A stretch of DNA of 63,767 nucleotides, filler included, from Squatina squatina (lineage: Eukaryota): the NCBI GenBank assembly GCA_031763465.1. It is 4 parts of 4 records of this genome, joined end to end, with 100 filler letters (N's around TTAATTAATTAA, not from the genome) between each part and the next. Parts side by side here need not be neighbours in the genome. Positions count along the whole stretch, not along the records: positions 1 to 25,407 come from JARFOE010000078.1; 3 more parts are not named here. One strand, written 5' to 3'. Of the stretch, positions 13,245-25,507 are shown in pieces; position 1 is the stretch's first letter; every line of letters begins with the position of its first letter. Under the pieces are notes generated by a model. That model did no database searches. It worked only from the letters and a program-made list of their open reading frames with translations, and was not told the origin of the DNA. The translations under genes were made by a program, and so were the position numbers.

Positions 13245-14174
13245 AATCGAAGATTCCCCTCTACCGTGGTTGAGTGGGGCCCTTAACCATGTCCATTCCC
13301 CTCCCTCCGAGAATCACGATAAGGTTTCCCTTGTCCTCACCTTTGACCCCACCAGCTTCCACATCAATGGATTATCCTTTTTCATTTCTGCCACTTGCAG
13401 TGTGATCCCACCCCCAAACACATCTTCCCCTCCCCTCTCTTTCAGCATTCCGAAGGGATTGCTCCCTCTGCGACATTCTGCTCCATTCCTCAATCACACC
13501 CAATATCCCCTCCCCTTTCCATGGCACCTTCCCGTGCAAGCGCAGAAGATGCAAGACCTGCCCTTTTAACTCCTCCCTTCCCAGGGCCCCAAACACTCCT
13601 TCCAGGTGAAACAGTGATTTACTTTTACTACTTCCAATTTAGTATATTGTATTTGCTGCTCATGATGCGGCCTCCTTTACACTGGGGAGACCAAATGCAG
13701 ATTGGATGAACGCTTTGTGGAACTCCATTCAGTCCGCAAGTGGGTCCTGAGCTTCCAGTCACCTGTCACTTTAATTCTTCATTCCTCTCCCACTCTGACC
13801 TCTCTGAACTTGGCCTCTAACATTGTTCCAACAAAGCTCAATGTGAGCTTGAGGAACAATACCTCATCTTTCGATTAGGCACTTTACAGCCTTCTGCACT
13901 CAACAGCGAGTTCAACAATTTCAGATCATAATCTCTGCCCCCATTTTTTTCAGACAGCAGCTGTTGATGATTCTGCTATTCCCATTTACAGCTCCTCTGG
14001 ACCATCTTTAGCTTCTTTACTTGCTCCATTACAATCTCCTTTTGCTTTGTACTATCATACTTTGTCACTTAATCTCTCCTAACTTCCACCCTACCACAGA
14101 CCCTCTCTTTTGTTCTTTCCTCCCCTCCCACATTTCCCTGCCTCTGCACTTGCTTAAAATCTGTTACATCTCTA
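13245..14174 (+). mobile_element. Penelope-like element fragment (GIY-YIG endonuclease end)
   Basis: 13601-13705 translates FQVKQ*FTFTTSNLVYCICCS*CGLLYTGETKCRL, the Penelope GIY-YIG motif. Confidence 0.75.
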
Positions 14175-16034
14175 NNNNNNNNNNNNNNNNNNNNNNNNNN
14201 NNNNNNNNNNNNNNNNNNNNNNNNNNNNNNNNNNNNNNNNNNNNNNNNNNNNNNNNNNNNNNNNNNNNNNNNNNACATCTGCAGAATGATTGTTTGAAGC
14301 AAGTCAGAATGTACAGTATTGAGAGAGAGAGATATGCGCAATTGAACGGGATATTCCTGCTGCATTTAAAGCAGTTAACATCTTTTCAATTTCTTCATCA
14401 ATGTGATGGTATTACTCCATTGAAGATTTGTAGGAGAGACTCTGTCCCTCCAACAAACATCTAAATAGGCCATTAGGAAGGGACATTAAATGGTTATATA
14501 TAAGATAATAAATGGTTTAGAAGTGGTAAATCTGGAACACCACTTCAAGTTATACATAGCCACAGGAGAAGGCCATTCAGTTTGGGTTCTGCCAGGACCA
14601 CTTGGCTCCAGACCTCATTACAGTCTTGGTTAAAAGAGATGAACTCCAGAGGTCAGGTGAGAGTGACTACCCTCGACAACAAGGCAGCCTTTGATCGAGT
14701 GTGGCATCAAGGAGCCCTAGTAAAATAGAAGTCAATGGGAATCAGGGGGGAAACTCTCCACTGGCTGGAGTCATTCCTAGCACAAAGGAAGATGGTTGAG
14801 CTGTTGGAGGTCAATCATTTGAGCCGCAAACATTACTGCAGGNNNNNNNNNNNNNNNNNNNNNNNNNNNNNNNNNNNNNNNNNNNNNNNNNNNNNNNNNN
14901 NNNNNNNNNNNNNNNNNNNNNNNNNNNNNNNNNNNNNNNNNNTGGGTGGTGGTGGAGGGGGATATAATGTAAAGTGGGAGCCAGCCTTTCTATAATAGGA
15001 TTTACCTTCTGTCATACATGGTCACAAGGCCTTCGGAGATTTAACCACTAATCCTGCAATGAAAACTTTGATGAAAATCCAATAAAAAAAATAGAATTGG
15101 CTGTTAAACTGAACTGTATTAGGTGCGTGGGGTGGGGTGGTTGGTGTGTTTCACACATCGGGATGATTGCAAAGACCTGGAGTGAAACTTGTGTCAACGG
15201 ACATCAGTGAGGGTGGGATTGGGCTGGAGCGCGTCGCTCCTCCATCCTCGCCATGGCTGGCTCCACTCACTGCCTGGACTCATGCCTCAGGAATGGATCA
15301 CTTAGTTGAGTTACTAGACTTGTGAGAGCGCACTGTGCCAAAACCGGCACCTCCAGAAGAGGAGGGAGAGAAATGGGCCCTTTGTTGCCACAAAACAGAG
15401 CAACAAATGTAACATTGTTACATTTTCCTTTTGTTCTGTCTGCTTGTTAAACACAAGAAAAAGTACACCATTATTATAAAATAGACTTCAGAAGGCAAAG
15501 ATTTTGTGCTTGTTGTGATAATCTATGCACTATTGTGGATACGCCATAAAGTGTAGCACTGGACCACGGCCCAGTAGTTTTATAACCAAGATCGTTACAT
15601 GTCTGAAGGCTGTTTAATGAGACTAGGATGAATTCATCTTATGTTGGCTTAAGTCCACCCTAAGTCAATTGAAGAATAACAGACGCCAAAGTATACGCAG
15701 GATCACAATGAACATTTACGGATCTGAATGTATAGCATCAGAAGGTCTTTACACTGAATTATAAATGCTAAAAATGTTGTTATCCTTTCTGGATCACCTA
15801 TAAAGTTCTACACATGAAGCCCCTCCAAAATCTCTGTGCTCCTCCAATTCTGGCCTCTTGCACATCCCCGATTCCCATCGCTCCACCATTGGCAGCCGTG
15901 CCTTCATCTACTTAGGCCCTAAGCTCTGGAACTCNNNNNNNNNNNNNNNNNNNNNNNNNNNNNNNNNNNNNNNNNNNNNNNNNNNNNNNNNNNNNNNNNN
16001 NNNNNNNNNNNNNNNNNNNNNNNNNNNNNNNNNN

Positions 16035-19000
16035 TGTCACTGTATTTCTGTCTGTATGTGCCACTATTTCTGTGTCTGTGTGTCACTGTATCTCTGTCTG
16101 TTTGTCACTCTATTTCTGTCTGTGTGTGTCCTTGTGTTTCTATGCCTGTGTGTCACTGTATTTCTGTATTTGGGTGTCACTGAATTTCTGTCTTTCTGTG
16201 TCACTGTATTTCTGTCTCTGTGTCACTATGTTTCTGTCTGTGTGTCACTCTATTTCTGCCTGTGTGTCACTGAATTTCTGTGAATGTGTTTCACTCTATT
16301 GCTGCCTGTGTGTCACACTCTGTCTGTTGGTGTGTATCACTGTATTTCTGTCTGTTTGTCACTGTATTTCTGTCTGTATGTGTCACTATTTCTGTGTCTG
16401 TGTGTCACCATATCTCTGTCTGTTTGTCACTGTATTTTTGTCTGTGTGTGTCACAGTATTTCTCTGCCTGTGTGTCACTGTTCATCTGTTCGTGTGTGTC
16501 ATTGTATTTCTTCAAATGTGTCACTGTATTTCTGTCTGTGTGTCACTGTATTTCTGTCTGTGTGTGTCACTGTATTTCTCTCTGTGTACCACTGTATTTC
16601 TCTCTGTGTGTCACTGTATTTCTGTCTGTCTGTCACTGTGTTTCCGTCTGTGTGTCACTCTATTTCTGTCTGTGTGTCACTGTATTTCTGCCTGTGTGTG
16701 TCACTCTATTTCTCCCTGTATATCACTGTATTTCTGTCTCTGCGGTACTCTATTTCTGTCTGTCTGTCACTGTATTTCTGTCTGTGTGTCACAATGTTTC
16801 TGCCTGTGTGTCACTCTATTTCTGCCTGTGTGTCACAATCTGTCTGTTGGTGTGTGCTTCTGTATTTCTGTCTGTGTGTCACTGCGTTTCCATCTGTATG
16901 TCACTCTATTTATGTCTCTGTGCCACTCTATTTCTGCCTGTGTGTGTCACTCGATTTTTGCCTGTGTCTCACAGTATTTTGGCCTGTGCCACTGTATTTC
17001 TCTCTGTGTAACACTGTATTTCTGTCTGTGTGTAAGTGTGTTTCCATCTGTGTGTCACTCTATTTCTGTCTGTGTGTTACTGTATTTCTGCCTGTATATG
17101 TCACTCTATTTCCCCCTGTGTATCAATGTATTTCTGTCTGTGTGTCACTCTATTTATGTCTGTCTGTCACTGTGTTTCTGCCTGTGTGTGTCACTGTAAA
17201 TCTTCCGATGTGTCACTGTATTTCTGCCTGTGTGTTCCTGTATTTCTGTCTGTGTGTCACTTTATTTCTTCCTCTGTGTCACTGTATTTCTGTCTGTGTG
17301 TGTCACTGTATTTCTGTCTGTGTGTCACTCTATTTCTGCCTGTGTGTCACTGTATTACTGTCTGTGTGTGTCACTGTATTTCTGTCTGTATGTGCCACTA
17401 TTTCTGTGTCTGTGTGTCACCGTATCTCTGTCTGTTTGTCACTCTATTTCTGTCTGTGTCTGTCATTGTGTTTTTATGCCTGTGTGTCACTGTATTTCTG
17501 TATTTGGGTGTCACTGAATTTTTGTCTTTCTGTGTCACTGTATTTCTGTCTCTGTGTCACTATGTTTCTGTCTGTGTGTCACTCTATTTCTGCCTGTGTG
17601 TCACTGAATTTCTGTGAATGTGTTTCACTCTATTGCTGCCTGTGTGTCACACTCTGTCTGTTGGTGTGTATCACTGTATTTCTGTCTGTTTGTCACTGTA
17701 TTTCTGTCTGTATGTGTCACTATTTCTGTGTCTGTGTGTCACCATATCTCTGTCTGTTTGTCACTGTATTTTTGTCTGTGTGTGTCACAGTATTTCTCTG
17801 CCTGTGTGTCACTGTTCATCTGTTCGTGTGTGTCATTGTATTTCTTCAAATGTGTCACTGTATTTCTGTCTGTGTGTCACTGTATTTCTGTCTGTGTGTG
17901 TCACTGTATTTCTCTCTGTGTACCACTGTATTTCTCTCTGTGTGTCACTGTATTTCTGTCTGTCTGTCACTGTGTTTCCGTCTGTGTGTCACTCTATTTC
18001 TGTCTGTGTGTCACTGTATTTCTGCCTGTGTGTGTCACTCTATTTCTCCCTGTATATCACTGTATTTCTGTCTCTGTGTCACTCTATTTCTGTCTGTCTG
18101 TCACTGTATTTCTGTCTGTGTGTCACTATGTTTCTGCCTCTGTGTCACTGTATTTCTGTGCCTGTGTGTCACTGTATTGCTGCCTGTGTGTGTCACTCTA
18201 TTTCTCCCTGGTTATCACTGTATTTCTTTCTGTCTGTCACTCTATTTCTGTCTGTGTGTCACTGTATTTCTGTCTGTGTGTGTCACTGTAATTGTTCCTC
18301 TGTGTCACTGTATTTCTTCGAATGTGTCACTGTATTTCTGTCTGTGTGTCACTTTATTTCTGTCTGTTTCTCACTGTGTTTCTGTCTGTGTGACACTCTA
18401 CTTCTGTCTGTGTGTCACTGTATTTCTGCCTGTATGTGTCACTCTATTTCTCCCTGTGTATCACTGTATTTCTGTCTGTGTGTCACTGTATTTCTGTCTG
18501 TGTGTGTCACTGTATTTCTCTCTGTGTGACACTGTATTTCTCTCTGTGTATCACTGTATTTCTGTCTGTGTGTCACTGTATTTCTGTCTGTGTGTCACTG
18601 TGTCTCCGTCTGTGTGTCAATCTATGTCTGTCTGTGTGTCACTGTATTTCTGTGTATCTGCTTCACTCTATTTCTCCCTTTGTATCACTGTATTTCTGTC
18701 TGTGTGTCACTCTATTTATGCCTGTGTGTCACTCTATTTCTGTCTGTATGTGTCACTATTTCTGTGTCTGTGTATCACCGTATCACTGTCTGTTTTTCAC
18801 TGTATTTCTGTCTGTGTGTGTCACTGTATTTCTGTGCCTGTGTGTCACTGTATTTCTGTTTGTGTTTGTCAATTTATTTCTTCAACTGTGTCACTGTATT
18901 TCTGTCTGTGTCTCACTGAATTTCTGCCTGTGTGTCACTGTATTCTGTCTGTGAGTGTCACTGTATTTCTGACTGTGTGTGTCACTGTATTTCTCTCTGT

Positions 19001-19792
19001 GTGTCACTGTATTTCTCTCTGCGTATCACTGTATTTCTGTCTGTGTTTCATTGTGTTTCTGTCTGTGTGTCACTCTATTTCTGCCTGTGTGTGTCACTCT
19101 ATTTCTCTCTGCGTATCACTGTATTTCTGTCTGTGTGTCACTGTATTTCTCTCTGTAACTCACTGTATTTCTGTCTTTGTGTCACTGTATTTCTGTCTGT
19201 GTGTAAGTGTGTTTCCATCTGTGTGTCACTCTATTTCTGTCTGTGTGTCACTGAATTTCTGCCTGTATGTGTCACTCTACTTCCCCCTGTGTATCAATGT
19301 ATTTCTGTCTGTGTGTCACTCTATTTATGTCTGTCTGCCACTGTGTTTCTGCCTGTGTGTGTCACAGTAAATCTTCCGATGTGTCACTGTAGTTCTGCCT
19401 GTGTGTTACTGTATTTCTGTCTGTGTGTCACTTTTATTCTTCCTCTGTTTCACTGTATTTCAGTCTGTGTGTGTCACCTTATTTCTGTCTGTGTGTCACT
19501 GTATTTCTGTCTGTGTGTCACTCTATTTCTGGCTGTGTGTCACTGTATTTCTGTCTGTGTGTGTCACTGTATTTCTGTCTGTATGTGCCACTATTTCTGT
19601 GTCTGTGTGTCACTGTATCTCTGTCTGTTTGTCACTCTATTTCTGTCTGTGTGTGTCCTTGTGTTTCTATGCCTGTGTGTCACTGTATTTCTGTATTTGG
19701 GTGTCACTGAATTTCTGTCTTTCTGTGTCACTGTATTTCTGTCTCTGTGTCACTATGTTTCTGTCTGTGTGTCACTCTATTTCTGCCTGTGT
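16035..19792. repeat. Minisatellite, 22/24-bp unit GTCACTGTATTTCTGTCTGT(GT)n
   Basis: Tandem units throughout, with longer duplicated blocks (16280 vs 17614, offset 1334 bp). Both ends abut gaps. Confidence 0.95.
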
Positions 19793-19894
19793 NNNNNNNN
19801 NNNNNNNNNNNNNNNNNNNNNNNNNNNNNNNNNNNNNNNNNNNNNNNNNNNNNNNNNNNNNNNNNNNNNNNNNNNNNNNNNNNNNNNNNNNNAA

Positions 19895-20402
19895 CTAACG
19901 TTGGGACTCAATATAACTGGCATTGTTTTAGGAGGCTTGAATAAAATAAGTGGAGAGGCCGGGGTTGTTCTTCTTAGAGCAGAGAAGGTTAAGGGGAGAA
20001 CTGAGGGATTAAAAGATTACAGGGAACATTGCTCATAGGTCCTCGAAAGGTTTGAGGGGTTTTGATAGAGTAATTAAGGAGAATCGGTTTCCACTGGTGG
20101 GAGAGTCGGACACAAATTTAAGGGAATTGGAAAAAGAGCCAGAGGGAAGATGAGAATTTCTTTTTAAATATACGCAGCGAGTTGTTGTGATCGGGAAGGC
20201 GCTGCCTGAAAGGGTGGAGGAAGCAGATTCAATAGGAACTTTCAAAAGGGGAATCGGAGAAATACTGGAAGGGATTAATGTGCAGGGCTGTGGGGAAAGA
20301 GCAGGGGGAGTGGGACTAATTGGATCGCTCGTTCACAGAGCCGGCACAGGCACGATGGGCCGAGTGGACCCCTCCTGTGCTGTCTCGTTCTGTGATTCTA
20401 CG
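19895..20402 (+). mobile_element. CR1 LINE 3' end
   Basis: ALPERVEEADSIGTFKR, the 3'UTR GGCACAGGCACGATGGGCCGA and a TTCTGTGATTCTA tail. Confidence 0.75.
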
Positions 20403-21994
20403 AAATCAGACCACAGGATTGTAAAATGAGTGTCTATATTGACAAGATACCACAAGTCATCAATTTTATTAAAGTTACACTTCAACGCTTGCTAATTGCG
20501 GAGATGGAGCCCAAGAAATGAATGTTCACTTGTGAAGGGAGATTCCAGAGTGATTTCTTCTCCATGGTTCTCAGGCTAACAGCTGCAGACAAAGTATCAT
20601 GTCAGGGACAAACATTTAGAAATATTGGAAATATTACAGTGAAGATGAATTCTGAATAAAGTCCAGGACTGTAAGGTTTGAAACAGCGCACCAATCCACA
20701 TTTATTGAGAATCACAATGGTGGTAATATTATGGATCTGTGCAGGGACCCTTGCCCACAGCAGTGTAAAGCAGAAAATTCACACGTGCACTGCCCACTGA
20801 CTTCCTTGCTGTCATCGTAGGCAGTGTACTTGATTTTCTGGCGTGTACTGATGGAAGGTAAAATTCATCGCCATCAGTTCACGTTTCAGATTAAATTGAT
20901 AGAAATGCTTACCCTGAACTGTGACCTGATTATCCATGTGTTGGTAAGATTAGTTACCTGCAAAGTAACCCTATACTGTTGGAAGTGACTAAATGGGGGC
21001 CCACTTGAGTCTTNNNNNNNNNNNNNNNNNNNNNNNNNNNNNNNNNNNNNNNNNNNNNNNNNNNNNNNNNNNNNNNNNNNNNNNNNNNNNNNNNNNNNNN
21101 NNNNNNNNNNNNNAATCATGAGTCGACATGCTCAAAAAATGTCTTGATGGAATGCTGTTCCTCTGATTCCCTTACATTGCATATTGACCAAATGCATTGT
21201 ATATGAAGGTTAACCAATCAGAATCCGGTCTCTAAAAATTATTAATACATATGTTTTATCCTGCATGCCTGTTCTTTCTATATATAAAGCAGGTACTGAC
21301 TGATGATTGATGCAGAATGCCATGCGCTGATTTATTTAGCATTTATAAATCATTTTTTGGTTGCCAATCTGTAAGATTACAAATTTGGTGCATACTCACA
21401 CAACCACCATTTGCATTCAACTTTTGTAGCACTGTTCATGCGTGCATCAAAAGGAATGGAAAAATCAGGACTCTTCATGAATAAAAACATTGGAAGTCCT
21501 TTGAAACAGTAGGTCAGCATACTGTGCAGTCTTGTGCGGAAAGTCAAGCAATTCTGTAGGCTAACACCCGAGGAATTTTTTGACTTTTCGAGATTGGAAA
21601 AATCGTCCATATTTTGAAGCAATGGGAAAATTATCTGGAGAAAGGAATAAGTGGGGATAAGAAAACCATTTAATTCAGGCTTCAGATTTTAATTTAATTT
21701 TGGAGGATTTGAGATGCAATTGCTTCAAATTAAAGTCATTGATCACAAACCTAAATGGTGGCGATAGGAACCAAACAGACAGACAGATCACTGTCATCAG
21801 TCGACACTATTTCAGCCCTCACTAGATCATGGCAGGCTGGAAACAAACTAGTGGCCACCAACAATTTTGTCGATTTTGCATTGAGGCTGTGATTTTGTGC
21901 TACATATGTCAGGAACAGAAGGGGTCCCAGCACAGACCTATGGGGTACTTCACTCACTACTTATATTGTAACCCAGTTTCTATTACAACTGNNN

Positions 21995-22635
21995 NNNNNN
22001 NGTTTATAAATTAGCCTCTCATGCAATATTTTATCAAATGTCTTTTGGAAGGCAAGCTGTACTATATCATAGAATGACATGCATTTACAGCGCAGAGACA
22101 TGCCATTCAGCCCAACTGCTCTATGCTGGTCTTTATGCTCCAGACTAGCCTCCTCTCTCCCGACTTCATCTAACACTATCAGCTTATCCTTCTATTCCTT
22201 TTCCCCTCATGTATGTATCTTGCTTCCCCGAACATGCATCTATGCTAATCGCTTCAGCTACTCATTGTGGTAGGGTTCCACATTCTAAAGACACTGTGTA
22301 AAGAAGTTTCTCCTGAATTCCTTATTGGAGTTATTAGTGACTGACTATCTTATATTCCTGTCCCCTAGTTTTGAACTCTCCCGACAAGTAGAAACTTATT
22401 CTCTACGGGTAACATATCAAACCCCTTCATAATTTTAAAGATCTTTATTCGGCCATCTCTCATCCTTCTCTTTTCGAGAGAAAAGAGCCTCAGCCTGCTC
22501 AATCTTTCTTGATAGTTATAACCTCTCAGTTCTGGGTGTCATCCATGTAGATCTTTTTTACATCTTCACCAGTGCCTCTATATCATTTTGTGATATGGAA
22601 ACCAGAAATGTGCACAGTTCTCTAAGTGTGGTCAT
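21995..22635 (-). mobile_element. CR1 LINE 3' fragments
   Basis: Reverse complement of the CR1 ORF2 end and 3'UTR (GGCCATTCAGCCC motif, AFQKTFDKILHERL). Confidence 0.65.
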
Positions 22636-24003
22636 GCAACATCTTCTCTACTCCCATTAATTTGGGAGATCACCTCCTGAAAAAAGTTTGAGGTTAGTCA
22701 TGCAAGATATACTACTTCTAAAGTGGTAAAGGCTGTTATTTATTAGGATATTTTCTTGCAGATACCCTTCCATTTTGCATTTAATTACTGATTCCATCAG
22801 TTTTCTGATTATTGAGATCAGGCTAACTGTCTTTAGTTGCTTGGTAGCTCTGATGCTCTTCTTCAGAATCAGAATTATATTTGCCTGCTTCTAGTTTGTT
22901 CACCAACTCTCTTAAAATGGCAGCCTATGGTTCACCCTAATCTTCTCCCGTGTCTTTCTAAGCATTCTGGGGCATAGCTTGTGCAACNNNNNNNNNNNNN
23001 NNNNNNNNNNNNNNNNNNNNNNNNNNNNNNNNNNNNNNNNNNNNNNNNNNNNNNNNNNNNNNNNNNNNNNNNNNNNNNNNNNNNNNNTTGTATCCAGTTC
23101 CCAAAATAAGATAAAATGATGGAACTTTTTGGGATGGGGAAAGGATAGAAGAGCCAATAAGTGAGCCTGATCTCACAATTCATGAACCGTGAACATGCAT
23201 AGGTTCAATCTTGTGTAAATATAAGAACTCCCTGCTTAAGTAGCTGGCTTATATATTTTTTTTGAATTGGGATTACTCTTAGCATTATCTGGAGTGGTCT
23301 ACATGTAACATTTTTCTCTTCTCTTGAAGGCAGAGACCCATACTTAAGTATACCTGCATGGGCAGAAGTTGTCCTCCAGTGTCTCAATCAAATGCCCATC
23401 TAAAAACTTGGAATTCTGCAGCCTACTTGAGTGAGAGTGCCACTACAACTGCAAGCTCCCCTCCAAGTTACACACCATCCTGACTTGGAAATATATCGGC
23501 ATTCATTCATCGTCGCTGGGTCAAAATCCTGGAACTTCCTCCCTAACAGCACTGTGGAGTGCCTTCACCACAAGGACTCTGCAACGGTTCAAGGCAGCAG
23601 CTCACCACCACTTTCTCAAGGGCAATTAGGGATGGTCAATAAATGTTGGTCTTGCCAGTAACGCCCACATCCTGGAATGAATAAAAAAACCCACTTCTGC
23701 TGAAACAAACACTTCCAAGATTGTTAGATAGCAATCAGGTGTGGCAATTTTTTATTTCCTCAGGCTGGGGGTGCTGATCCAAGTTTTAAAAAAAGACTTA
23801 CATTTATATAGCGTCTTTCACAACCACCGGACGTCTCTATATGATCATAAGTAGGAGCAGGAGTAGGCCATTTGGCCCGTCGAGCCCGCTCCGCCATTCA
23901 ATTNNNNNNNNNNNNNNNNNNNNNNNNNNNNNNNNNNNNNNNNNNNNNNNNNNNNNNNNNNNNNNNNNNNNNNNNNNNNNNNNNNNNNNNNNNNNNNNNN
24001 NNN

Positions 24004-24560
24004 CTTTATAAATCACTGGTTAGGCCCCAGCTGGAATACTGTGGCCAATTCTGGCCACTACACTTTAGGAAAGACGTCAAGGCTTTAGAAAGGGTGCAGA
24101 GGCAATTTACTAAAATGGTACCAGGAATACGAGAGTTCAGTTATGTGGAGAGACTGGAGAAGCTGGGGTTTATCTCCTCACAGCAGAGAAGTTTAAGGGG
24201 AGATTTGATAGAGGTGTTAAAAATCTTGAAGGGTTTGATGAGTAAATAAGGAGAAACTGTTTCCAGTCACAGACGGGTCGGCAACCAGAGGACACAGGTT
24301 TAAAGCAACTGGCAAAAGAACCAGAGGTGAGATGAGATTTTTTTTATGCAGGGAGTTGTTATGCACTGCCTGAAAGGGTGTTGACAGCCGATTCAACAAC
24401 AACTGTCGAAAGGGAATTGGATAAGTATTTGAAGTGGAAAATTTGGCATGGCTATGGGGAAAGGGCCGGGGAATGGGACTTATTGGATAGTTTGTTCAAA
24501 GAGCCAACACAGGCACGATGGGCTGAATTACCTCCTTCTGTGCTGTATCACTCTATGGTG
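24004..24560 (+). mobile_element. CR1 LINE 3' end
   Basis: LYKSLVRPQLEYCGQFW.LHFRKDVKALERVQRQFTKMVPG...LRGDLIEV. Confidence 0.9.
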
Positions 24561-24756
24561 TAGGGGGACCAGTAGATGGAGAAGTACAGCTGGATTTCAT
24601 ACCCTCAGGAAATTATTAAAAGATATGTGCAATATTAAATCCTAAAATTGAAATGTTCCACCCACATTTTCCATATTTAGAAATTTAAATCATATTCCAT
24701 CATTTGACTGAAAGAAGCATCATAAATGAACCATTTTTCTTTCTTTAGTGTCTTAC

Positions 24757-25031
24757 CAACATGGGGTTTGGATGGAATGCTCCAAGGCTTCCTTGGACAG
24801 GTCTGAAGCTGCCTCTTGATGCACACATTCCGGCTGGCATAGGAGCTGCCTTGTACCCTGGCTGATTCATTGGAAAGCCCATGGAGAAGGGGTGATAACT
24901 GTATACACTGCTGCAATATCCTGTATACAGCTTCGGTGGCAAGATGTTCCGGTAAAAGCCACTGCTCACAGAATTCCTCTCTGCCTGCTCTTTATTGCTG
25001 GTGGCAACCTCCTGGTATAAAGCTGGATGAT
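24757..25031 (-). CDS. Internal exon resembling the C-terminal region of DMRTB1/dmrt6
   Basis: Acceptor TTTTTTCCACCTGCAG|, donor TTG|GTAAGA, 275-bp open exon. The peptide KLYTGYCSSVYSYHPFSMGFPMNQPGYKAAPMPAG...SFRPV resembles my recollection of the vertebrate DMRTB1 motif Y.G.S..Y.PFPMGF..NQPG...P.G....FR. No DM domain is present in the window. Confidence 0.5.
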
Positions 25032-25451
25032 CTGCAGGTGGAAAAAAAGCTCCCTCAACAAACCAATCCAACACTAAACCAAATTGTTACAAGGCAAATA
25101 AACTAAACTGTAACTCTAAAAGGCAGCCCTGATGGCTCAGTGTACAGTACTGTACAGCAGGAGCCAAAATCAGCCAGGATTCCTGCTTCTCATCCCTTCT
25201 CAGTGAGTCTGGCCGGAAGCTACATGAATGGACATCAGAGGAAGCTTGCCTGTGAAGGTTGAACAGCCTGAAACTCCCTGTCTGGGGTCACACATGAAGA
25301 ATGGCCACCTTCAGTGCTATTGAAAGACCACCGTGCTCAGGTGCAAGTGAAGGCTTACAGGGAGGGAGTGAAGAAAGATGATTCGAGGAATCCCAGGCAC
25401 ATTACTGNNNNNNNNNNNNNNNNNNNNNNNNNNNNNNNNNNNNNNNNNNNN

Positions 25452-25463
25452 TTAATTAATTAA
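25452..25463. other. Artificial contig linker
   Basis: TTAATTAATTAA (stops in all six frames) embedded in an N run. Confidence 0.95.
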
Positions 25464-25507
25464 NNNNNNNNNNNNNNNNNNNNNNNNNNNNNNNNNNNNN
25501 NNNNNNN

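Noticed and set aside
16072-20038. Long Cys/Val-rich ORFs up to 1028 aa
   Set aside because: These are translations of a stop-poor minisatellite that is open in several frames at once.
21377-21634. Possible minus-strand terminal exon after the strong acceptor TTATTCCTTTCTCCAG
   Set aside because: No peptide was recognised in any phase, and it could not be tied to the exon at 24757-25031.
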